Source: an uncultured Planctomycetota bacterium (GTDB lineage: Bacteria; Planctomycetota; PLA2; JAEUHO01). From it: a stretch of DNA of 64,000 nucleotides. The translations under genes were made by a program, and so were the position numbers. Positions 56,449-64,000 of the stretch are shown piece after piece. Numbering within the stretch: position 1 is the first letter of the stretch; each line of letters opens with the position of its first letter. The notes below the pieces were generated by a model. The model was not told the origin of the DNA, searched no databases, and was given only the letters and a program-made list of their open reading frames with translations. The stretch is taken from positions 185,704 to 249,703 of the forward strand of contig CAVVXN010000004.1 of the NCBI GenBank assembly GCA_963752285.1, given 5' to 3'.

Positions 56449-57780
56449 TCAGTGGGCCGTGCGGCGGAGCGCGATCATCGTCATGTCGTCCTCGCAGTGC
56501 TGGCCCGTGCGCTCGAGGACGCTCGCCGCGAGGCGTTCCGTCAAGAGCGACGCCTCCGCCGTCACGGCCGCCTCGGCGGCGAAGAGGCGTGCGAGCTCCT
56601 CCTCGCCGAGCATCCGGCGATAGGCGCCCTTCGGGTGGGCCTCCGTGATCCCGTCCGTGTACGCGAGGAGCGCGTCGCCCCGCGCGAGGCGCACGGTCAC
56701 CCGCGGAGGTCGAGCGATCTCCTCGAAGATGCCGAGGCACGTCCCGTGCTCGGCCACCCGCTCGACCGACCCGGTCGCGTCGCGCCAGACGAGGGGCGGA
56801 GGGTGTCCCGCGTTCCGAACTTCGACCGTGCCGTCCGGCGAGAGAACGCACACGACGAGCGTGACGAACTTGCCGGGCTCGATCCGCTGGTGGAGGTCGC
56901 GATTGACGATCTCCACGGCCTCACCGACGTCCGGGACCAGCCGGAGGACCGCGCGGAGCCCCGCCTGGGCCGACGCGGTGATCAGGGCGGCCGCGGGGCC
57001 GTGGCCGGTGACGTCGCCGACCACCGCGGCGAGCTTCCCGTCGCGCGCCTCGAAGAAGTCGTAGAAGTCACCGCTCGCGCGGTCCGCGGGCGCCAGCCAA
57101 CCGTGGAGGTCGTAGCCGGCGACCTGCGCCGACCGACGAGGCAACAGCTTCGTCTGCACCTCGCGCGCCGTCTCGAGGGAGGCCTCGAGGCGGGCGCGCT
57201 CGAGCGCGTCGAAGTGGGCCTTCACGAAACGGAACGACTGCTCGACCGCTCGTGCGAGGGCCGAGAAGAAGGCCAGGTCCTTCTCGCTGAACGTGAGCGA
57301 GTGCGAGCTCGAGTCTACGTAGAGGGCGCCCCGCACGGAGTCGCTGCCTTCGCCCCACCGGAACGGGACGCACATGACCGACCGCAGGTTCATGGAGAAC
57401 ACGGTCGCCGCGAGCCCGACCTCCTCGGCGTCGGCGAGCTCGAGGAGCGGCTGCCCGAGCGCGAGGATACGGCGGATGCGGGCGCTCGAGATCTGCAGCT
57501 CCTCGGGGACCGGCATGCCCCCGCGCTGGCGCGCGATGCGAACCTCCACGTCCTTCTTGCCCGACTCCAGGACGAGCAAGCCGCGCTCGGAGCCCGTGTG
57601 CCGGATGCACGCGTCCACCACGTGCGTCAGCACCTCGTCGCGGTCCCGATCGCTCGTGAGCCGCGCCACACGTTCCATGAAGCCGGCGACGACGTGGAGG
57701 AGCTCGTCGCCGAGACGCGGATGGCCCGGATCGCCCGCGAGCGGCGGCTGGTTCGCCGGATCGACCGGTGCCTTCTCCAC
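56449..57780 (-). CDS. GAF + SpoIIE/PP2C-type protein phosphatase
   Basis: LRSVMCVP..GALYVDS (GAF), SGDFYD, GDVTGHG, NAGHPP, YTDGITEA and DDMT. GTG 57780 follows GGAGG. Confidence 0.9.
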   Translation of the reverse strand: MEKAPVDPANQPPLAGDPGHPRLGDELLHVVAGFMERVARLTSDRDRDEVLTHVVDACIRHTGSERGLLVLESGKKDVEVRIARQRGGMPVPEELQISSARIRRILALGQPLLELADAEEVGLAATVFSMNLRSVMCVPFRWGEGSDSVRGALYVDSSSHSLTFSEKDLAFFSALARAVEQSFRFVKAHFDALERARLEASLETAREVQTKLLPRRSAQVAGYDLHGWLAPADRASGDFYDFFEARDGKLAAVVGDVTGHGPAAALITASAQAGLRAVLRLVPDVGEAVEIVNRDLHQRIEPGKFVTLVVCVLSPDGTVEVRNAGHPPPLVWRDATGSVERVAEHGTCLGIFEEIARPPRVTVRLARGDALLAYTDGITEAHPKGAYRRMLGEEELARLFAAEAAVTAEASLLTERLAASVLERTGQHCEDDMTMIALRRTAH

Positions 57781-57940
57781 GCTTGCCCGCGCCTCCGGCG
57801 TGTTCGCCGACTCCCGACGCCTGCCCTCGACCCTCTCGCGATCCCCTGCGCGTCTCCTTCGTTCCGACCGCGGCATGGTAGCCACCGGGACGGGTCGGGA
57901 CCAGCCGCTTCGTCCCAGGGACGCCCGGGGGCCGCGGGAC

Positions 57941-59071
57941 TCAGACCCGTGCGGGCGCCGGCGACTCGGCCAGGACCTCGCGGTAGAGCGACACGTACGC
58001 ATCGACCATCCGCTCGGGACCGAAGCGCTCCCGGGCACGCGCCTCGGCGCCGCGGGCGAGGTGCGTCCGGAGCTTCGGGTCGCCGATGGCGCGCGCGAGC
58101 GCTTCTGCGAGGCGCCGCGGGTCGTCGGGTGGGACGAGCAGGCCCGACGTGCCGTCCTCGACCGAGAACGCGAGCCCCCCCACACGACTCGCGACGACGG
58201 GCCGGCCCGCGCCCATCGCCTCGAGCGCAGCGACGCCGAGGCCCTCCGCGCGCGAGGGCATCGCGAAGAGGTCGGCCGCGGCGAGCAGGTCGCCGACGTC
58301 CGCGCGGTCCCCGAGGAACCGAATCCGCGTCCCGCTCCCGCAACCCGCCGCGCGGCGCTCGAGGCGCGCGCGTTCCTTCCCCTCTCCGGCGATCGCGACG
58401 ACGGCGCGCCGGCCGAGCTCGGGCGGTAGCGCCGCCACGGCCTCGAGGAGGACGTCGTACCCCTTGCGCCGGACGAGCGCGCCCAACGAGAGGAGCACCA
58501 CGTCCCCGACCTTCGCGCCGAGCGCGGCGCGCGTCGCCTCTCGTCCGCGACGCGGCGCGATCCGCTCGGGATCGAACGCCTCGGGAATCAGGACGATCCG
58601 ATCGGAGGGGACGCCCGCCGCTTCCAGGCACGTCCGGACGCCCGGCGAGATCGCGACGACCCGTCGGGCGAACCTCTCGTACGTGAGACGCGTCCTCAGT
58701 CCGCGCTTGACGCGGCGGTCCATGCGACGCGTGGTGATGGCCACCCGGCCCGCGCGCCAGGCCGCGAAGCCGCCGAGCCACGCGTCGCGGCCGGTGTTCG
58801 TGTGCACGACGTCGGCGCCGATCTCGTCCAGGACCCGCCGGATGCGTCCCACGGTCCCGAGCGCGAGGTGGTTCCGCATCCGGAGGGAGACCGTGGGCAG
58901 TCCGCGGTCCCGCGCCTCCGCCTCGGCCCGGCTGCCGGGAGGACAGACGAGCACCCCGCGGTGTCCGCGGCGGCGGAGGCCCTCGAGGAGCAGGAACACC
59001 TGGACCTCGCCGCCCGAGAAGTCGCTCTCGGCGTCGAGCTGGGCGATGGTCAGAGGGCGTGCGTCCTGCAC
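57941..59071 (-). CDS. Glycosyltransferase family 4
   Basis: SGGEVQ, RKGYDVL and PSRAEGLGVAALEAMGAGRPVVASRVGG. The start is GTG 59071 or 59086. Confidence 0.9.
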   Translation of the reverse strand: MQDARPLTIAQLDAESDFSGGEVQVFLLLEGLRRRGHRGVLVCPPGSRAEAEARDRGLPTVSLRMRNHLALGTVGRIRRVLDEIGADVVHTNTGRDAWLGGFAAWRAGRVAITTRRMDRRVKRGLRTRLTYERFARRVVAISPGVRTCLEAAGVPSDRIVLIPEAFDPERIAPRRGREATRAALGAKVGDVVLLSLGALVRRKGYDVLLEAVAALPPELGRRAVVAIAGEGKERARLERRAAGCGSGTRIRFLGDRADVGDLLAAADLFAMPSRAEGLGVAALEAMGAGRPVVASRVGGLAFSVEDGTSGLLVPPDDPRRLAEALARAIGDPKLRTHLARGAEARARERFGPERMVDAYVSLYREVLAESPAPARV

Positions 59072-59284
59072 TCGGGCGACCTCCACCGGGCGGGGAACGG
59101 TCCGCGTCCTCCCCGGAGAGCCCGATCGGGCGAAACGGCGACCCGACGGACCGGGCGAAGTCGGTGCGGGCGAAGCGGCGGACGGGGAAGAGGATACCGT
59201 CCTCGGTCTGCTGGCCGCCGGGCCCCCCCGCGTCTATCCTCGGGCACCCCCGGGTCCTTCGCCCGGGCGGCGGGAGGCGTGTCC

Positions 59285-60121
59285 ATGGCGAAGGGGAGGC
59301 GGGCGCTCCAGGCGCAGGTCGTCCCGCGCCTGAGGGAGGCCGAGCTCTTCACGCCGCTCGGAGACCGCGACCTCCAACGCATGGCCGGCGCCGGCAAGGT
59401 CCACCGCCTTCGGCGGGGCGACGTGCTCTTCCGGGGCGGAGACCCGCCCGACCGGATCCACCTTCTCTTGCTCGGCGCGCTCGAGATCTTGCGCACGGTG
59501 CCGGACCAGCCCGAGCCGGTGCCGGTCGCGTACCTCTCGCCGGGGGAGCTGATCGGTGACATGGCGCTCCTCACGGGCACGCCGCGGCGCTCGACCGGAC
59601 GCGCACCCGAGGACGCCTGGGTGTGGACGCTCGAGCGCTCCACATTCGAGAAGATCGCCTCCGAGGTGCCGGGCTACGGCATGGCCCTCGCGCAGGTCTT
59701 CGCGCGGCGGCTGGAGGCCTTCATCGTGCACCTGCGCCGAACCGTCCAGCGCCAGGAGCTCTCGGGCCATCTGGACCACTTCGATCTCCCGACCGTCGTG
59801 CAGACCCTCGTCTCGGCGCGGCGTACGGGCGTCCTCTCGATCGCGGACGCGCAGGGCAAGAACGTGGCGCAGGTGCTGTTGGTGGACGGAGAGGTCGTAC
59901 GGGCGCGGTGCGGCGAGCTCGACGGCGAGGACGCGTTCTACGAGGTCTTCGAGCGGAGCCAGGAGGGCGAGTTCTTCTTCCGTGCGACGTCCGAGCCCGA
60001 CGCCGACGCGATCGGTCACTCCTCGATCGACCAGCCCACGATGGGCCTCCTGATCGAGGCGGTCCGGCTCGACGACGAACGCCGGAAGGGCGAGGTGGGC
60101 GAGGGGCAGGACCCTTCCTGA
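59285..60121 (+). CDS. Cyclic-nucleotide-binding domain plus DUF4388-like domain protein
   Basis: LFRGGD, GELIGDMALL.G.PRRST (cNMP) and LSGHLDHFDLPTVVQTL...RTGVL...GEDAFY...GEF.F. Confidence 0.82.
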   Translation: MAKGRRALQAQVVPRLREAELFTPLGDRDLQRMAGAGKVHRLRRGDVLFRGGDPPDRIHLLLLGALEILRTVPDQPEPVPVAYLSPGELIGDMALLTGTPRRSTGRAPEDAWVWTLERSTFEKIASEVPGYGMALAQVFARRLEAFIVHLRRTVQRQELSGHLDHFDLPTVVQTLVSARRTGVLSIADAQGKNVAQVLLVDGEVVRARCGELDGEDAFYEVFERSQEGEFFFRATSEPDADAIGHSSIDQPTMGLLIEAVRLDDERRKGEVGEGQDPS

Positions 60122-60130
60122 CGCACCGCG

Positions 60131-61465
60131 CTAGATGACCTTCTGGCGGGTCTTGGACGACGCCCAGTCGAGCGCCCAGACCACGAGGGTGATGAAGACG
60201 AGGATCACGGACACCTTCGACCAGGTGCCGAGCTGCTGGTAGTTGAGCAGGAGCGCGCCGATCCCGCCGCCGCCGACCAGTCCGAGGATCGTCGCCATCC
60301 GGACGTTGATGTCCCAGCGGTACAGCGTGAACGAGAGGAACGCCGGGACCACCTGCGGGACCACGCCGTAGCGGAGGGTCTGTACCGCGCGGGCGCCCGT
60401 CGCCTGGATCGCCTCGACCGGGCCCGGCTCGATGCCCTCGATCGCCTCGCTGTAGAGCTTCCCGAGCGCGGCGACGGAGTGCACGAAAAGCGCGAGCATG
60501 CCCGCGAACGCGCCGACGCCGACCCAGAGCACGAAGACGATGGCCCAGATCAGCGGCTCGACCGACCGTACCACGTTCATCGCGACGCGCGCGAGGACGT
60601 AGACCCCGCGGCCCACCGGCGTCCCGGCCACCACGTTCCTCGCGCCGAGGAACCCCAGGGCCACCGCGAAGGGGAGGGCGAACGCCGACGCGAGGAAGGC
60701 GAGGAAGACCGTCTCGACCATGCTCTCGGCGACCTGCCCCGCGATCGACCAGTCCGGAGCCAGCAGCTGCCGCACGAGCGGCTCGGTGCGACGGGCGCCG
60801 AAGACCAGCTCGCCGGGCCGCACGTCCACGAGCACCCACGCGACGGCGAAGGTCGAGAAGAGCGTGAGGAGCGCCAGCCACACGTTGGAACGCAGCCACC
60901 ACGCGCGGGGCGGCGCGGGGCCCCGCGCGGCACCGGGGCGGGAAGTCGTGCCCGCGAGGCGGTCCACGAGGCCGCGGCCGTCGGGGTCGAAGAGGCCGAG
61001 CGCGAGAAGGAGGGTCGCCATCGCGAGCGATAGCAGGAGGTGGAGCCCGGGGTCGCCGCCGCGGGCGGCCACGAGCATGCCGAGCCCGGCGGGGACGAGG
61101 GCGAGGAGGGTCACGCCGACGGCCACGAGGCCGCGCCAGGCGCGCCGCGCGCGGTCCACGGGAGCGTGGCCCTCGCGTCGCGCGATCGAGACGCCGGCGA
61201 GGTGCTCGCCGATCGTGGGGGCAAGCCCGCTCCAGAGGGCCGCGACGAGCGGGGCGAGGAGGAAGAGCCATGGTCGTTCGCCGAGGACGCCCTCCGCGGC
61301 GCCGAGCCATCCGCTCCCGGCGCCGCCGCCGGCCGCACGGATCGCCAGGAAGTCGAGCGTCCAGGCGAGGTACGCGACGAGGAACGAGTCGGTGAGGAAC
61401 GCGCTCCCGCGGGCGCGGACCGCGAGCCATCGATCGCGCGGCGAGAGCGCGACGGCAGGGCTCAT
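60131..61465 (-). CDS. phnE: Phosphonate/phosphite ABC permease with an N-terminal RDD-like domain
   Basis: LGKLYSEAIE, VEAIQATGA and YRWDINVRMATILGLVGGGGIG. The N-part has R..AFLTD, TIGEHLAGV and GLVDRLAGT. Confidence 0.88.
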   Translation of the reverse strand: MSPAVALSPRDRWLAVRARGSAFLTDSFLVAYLAWTLDFLAIRAAGGGAGSGWLGAAEGVLGERPWLFLLAPLVAALWSGLAPTIGEHLAGVSIARREGHAPVDRARRAWRGLVAVGVTLLALVPAGLGMLVAARGGDPGLHLLLSLAMATLLLALGLFDPDGRGLVDRLAGTTSRPGAARGPAPPRAWWLRSNVWLALLTLFSTFAVAWVLVDVRPGELVFGARRTEPLVRQLLAPDWSIAGQVAESMVETVFLAFLASAFALPFAVALGFLGARNVVAGTPVGRGVYVLARVAMNVVRSVEPLIWAIVFVLWVGVGAFAGMLALFVHSVAALGKLYSEAIEGIEPGPVEAIQATGARAVQTLRYGVVPQVVPAFLSFTLYRWDINVRMATILGLVGGGGIGALLLNYQQLGTWSKVSVILVFITLVVWALDWASSKTRQKVI

Positions 61466-62271
61466 CGCATCTCCACCGCGCGCGCCGTCTCGCCGTACAC
61501 GCGGTGGTAGGCGGCGTCGTCGAAGCGCCCGGGCGGCCCCTCGAACACGATCCGTCCCGCGCGGAGCGCCACGACGCGGGTCGCGTACTCGCGCGCGAGA
61601 GAGAGGAAGTGGAGGTTCGCCACGACGGCGATCCTCCGCTCCGACTGGAGGTGGCGGAGCGCGTCGAGCACGACGTGGGCGGTCTCCGGGTCGAGCGAGG
61701 CGACGGGCTCGTCGGCCAGGATGGCGCGCGGGCGCTGCATGAGCGCGCGAGCGATCGCGACGCGCTGCTGCTCCCCTCCCGACAGCGTGTCGGCGCGCTG
61801 GTGGGCGCGGTCCGCGAGGCCCACGACCTCGAGGTTTCGGAGGGCTTCGTCCCTCTCCGCCCGGGGCCAGAGCCCGAGGAGGCTCGGGAGCGTCGCCTGC
61901 CGTTCGAGCGCGCCCGTAAGGACGTTCACGAGCACGGACGCGCGCCGGACGAGGTTGAATCCCTGGAAGATCATCGCGACGCGCGTGCGGAGCCGGCGGA
62001 GCGCGGGACCGCGGACGTGGGTGACGTCCTCGCCCTCGAAACGGACCTCGCCGTCCGTCGGCTCGACGAGGCGGTTCAGGCACCTCACGAGCGTGGACTT
62101 GCCGGCGCCGGAGAGACCGACCACCGCGACGAGCTCCCCCTCATGGACGGCGAGGTCCACGCCGTCGAGTGCGCGCAGCCCGCTCGGGTACGTCTTCTGG
62201 AGCGCGCGGGCCTCGAGGAGCGGGGCGAGGGGGCTCCCCGCCCGCGGGGCCGGGTTCGCGGCGGCCGCCAT
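61462..62271 (-). CDS. phnC: Phosphonate/phosphite ABC transporter ATPase
   Basis: GLSGAGKST, RCLNRL, LSGGEQQRVAIARAL and ADEPVASLDP. Confidence 0.92.
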   Translation of the reverse strand: MAAAANPAPRAGSPLAPLLEARALQKTYPSGLRALDGVDLAVHEGELVAVVGLSGAGKSTLVRCLNRLVEPTDGEVRFEGEDVTHVRGPALRRLRTRVAMIFQGFNLVRRASVLVNVLTGALERQATLPSLLGLWPRAERDEALRNLEVVGLADRAHQRADTLSGGEQQRVAIARALMQRPRAILADEPVASLDPETAHVVLDALRHLQSERRIAVVANLHFLSLAREYATRVVALRAGRIVFEGPPGRFDDAAYHRVYGETARAVEMR

Positions 62272-62273
62272 GG

Positions 62274-63476
62274 TCAGCGCTCCGACGCCATGAAGTCGCG
62301 GCGGCCCTCGGGGTCGTTCGCGAAGGCGTGCTCGATCACCTCGAAGAGCGGCCGGAAGTCGTCCTCCGTCGCCGGGATCAGCGCCACGGGGCTTCCGACG
62401 CCGACGAGCTCGTCTCGACCCTCCGTGGTGAGCGTCCGCGTGGACACGTAGAGCGAGAGGGCGCGGGCGAGTGCCTGCTTCACATCGGCGGAGAGCGCAG
62501 AGCGGACCACGATCGGCTCGTTGGGCAGCCACGACGTGTACCCGATGATCCTCGTCCTTTCGAACACGTCGGGGTGGTTCTCGCGGACGGTGACGCGGGC
62601 GTCGTTGTGGGGGAGCTCCGGGTTCGGCGGCGACCACCACACGCAGCCGACGTCGGCCGCGCCCTGGAGGACGGCGTTCACGATCATCGGGTAGGCGCCC
62701 TCGTAGCGAAGGACCTTCGGGTGGAGACCCAACGCGCCGAACAAGGCCGAAGGAAGGAGGCTGCTCGCGCCGGAGACCCGGGGTCCCATCGCGACCGTGG
62801 TGCCGTCCTGAAGGTCGGCGAGCGACCGGATCGGCGAGTCCGTGCGGACGATCAACGCGCCGCGGTACGCGAGGTCGGACCCCGGGAACGCGGGGTCGCC
62901 GCGGCGCACCACCTGGAGGATCGGCTCGATCGTGTCCATGTTCGCGGTGCGCCCGCGCGACGCGTACCAGGCGCGCGCGTAGGACGCGGCGGTCAGGAAC
63001 GCGACCTCGGAACGGCCGGCGAGGATCTCCTCGATCACGAGCCCGTACGAGCGAAGGACCGCGCCTTCCACGTGGTAGCCCGTCCGCTGCTCGAGGAACC
63101 GGAGCAGGTGCTCGACGGTGGGGCCCGCTTCCGCGCGGTCGCCCGACGGCACGAACCGGAGCCGGATCGGCTGGTCGGCGCTGCCCCAGCCCGACGCGGG
63201 CGAGACGGGGCGCCCCTCTGCGTCGAGGCGCCGCCCCGTGAGGGGGTCGAGCCCCATGCTGGCGAGCGAGGTCACGGGCCGCGCGCCCGAGGCGCTCGCG
63301 CGCGGCGGGAGCGCGAGGGCCGCCGCGAGCGCCCCGAGGACGAGCACCCCTGCCAGGCCGATCGAGACCGCCGCGGGAATCGGCGCACCGCCGCGCCGCC
63401 CGGCGCTCGCCACGTGCGCGGTCCCGGCCCCGTCGTCGGGTGCGGGCGGACGGGACCCGGCGGGTTCTTCGACCAT
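62274..63476 (-). CDS. phnD: Phosphate/phosphite/phosphonate ABC substrate-binding protein
   Basis: LRFVPS, YRGALIVR.DS.I.SL.DL, SGASSLLP and LPNEP. First gene of the phnDCE run. Confidence 0.82.
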   Translation of the reverse strand: MVEEPAGSRPPAPDDGAGTAHVASAGRRGGAPIPAAVSIGLAGVLVLGALAAALALPPRASASGARPVTSLASMGLDPLTGRRLDAEGRPVSPASGWGSADQPIRLRFVPSGDRAEAGPTVEHLLRFLEQRTGYHVEGAVLRSYGLVIEEILAGRSEVAFLTAASYARAWYASRGRTANMDTIEPILQVVRRGDPAFPGSDLAYRGALIVRTDSPIRSLADLQDGTTVAMGPRVSGASSLLPSALFGALGLHPKVLRYEGAYPMIVNAVLQGAADVGCVWWSPPNPELPHNDARVTVRENHPDVFERTRIIGYTSWLPNEPIVVRSALSADVKQALARALSLYVSTRTLTTEGRDELVGVGSPVALIPATEDDFRPLFEVIEHAFANDPEGRRDFMASER

Positions 63477-64000
63477 CAGGAGTCCGACCTTCTACCGCTG
63501 CGTGGCCCGGGACACAACGCACGCCGGCGGCCCGCCCGAAGCACTCGGTCGCCAGGCTCTCGACTCGCCCGGCCGAATCGCGGGCTCGGGTCCCCGTCTT
63601 GGGGCGGTCCGCACGCCGGCGGCTGCGTCGGGGCTCGAGCCTTCACGACCTCTGTGCCCGGATGGACGTGACGGCGTCCACGTCTCGCGCGCCGGCATCG
63701 CCTGGGTCGCGTCCTCGACTCGGCGTCTACGGCGACAGTCGAACGGGCGCGGGTCTTCTCGGTTCGGGCGCCGCAGCGCGTGGCGGCGGGGGAGGGGGCG
63801 CAAGCCGAGCGGGTCGCACGCTACGTGACGCGGGCGGTAGTGGCGGTGGCGCGCGCGCGCGTGGAGCGCGACGCTCGGACCTGCGAGCCCTCTCTCGAGT
63901 CCCACGGCATGCCCACGACGCGCACCCCGCCCTGGACGCACCGCCCGACCGCCGTGATCGGCCGCCGTCGCCTGGCCCCCCCAGATACAATTCCCTACGC

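Noticed and set aside
57876..58185. Longer N-terminus for the PP2C phosphatase (ORF-track start 58185 or ATG 57876)
   Set aside because: The extension overlaps the GT4 gene. ATG 57876 lies in a TACCAT -10-like hexamer, and GTG 57780 has a GGAGG site.

Overview
A very GC-rich, gene-dense bacterial chromosomal segment. A Planctomycetota-like origin is inferred only from gene content and composition. About 48 coding regions are supported. Many ORF-track starts are too far upstream, so I re-called them from overlaps, ribosome-binding sites and N-terminal motifs. In order: (1) a surface-glycan cluster (GT17, CgeB-like GT, sulfotransferase, methyltransferase, GT4, two NAD-dependent sugar epimerase/dehydratases, nucleotidyltransferase, GT9), interrupted by a 255-bp MITE-like insert; (2) an FG-GAP lipoprotein, arsM, a C25 peptidase and an ArnT-like GT; (3) a coupled pair of a secreted four-repeat protein and a TIR-TM-WD40-pseudopilin(GspG)-like fusion, the best candidate here for an undescribed system; (4) a kinase/OmpR pair, 4x11-bp direct repeats and a frameshifted secreted TPR/HEAT protein; (5) blaI-blaR1(M56)-secreted protein with tandem operators; (6) VKOR-thioredoxin, a DUF932-like gene and a pabB-xerC-rhomboid-GT-methyltransferase run; (7) three hypotheticals, rny, ymdB, xseA and hemCDBL; (8) a DxxGxDxY-repeat/HEAT protein, an M16 peptidase and a methyltransferase-hydrolase fusion; (9) GAF-PP2C, GT4, cNMP-DUF4388-like and phnDCE. 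I saw no rRNA, tRNA, CRISPR array or transposase. All family calls come from motif recognition by eye; no database search was run.
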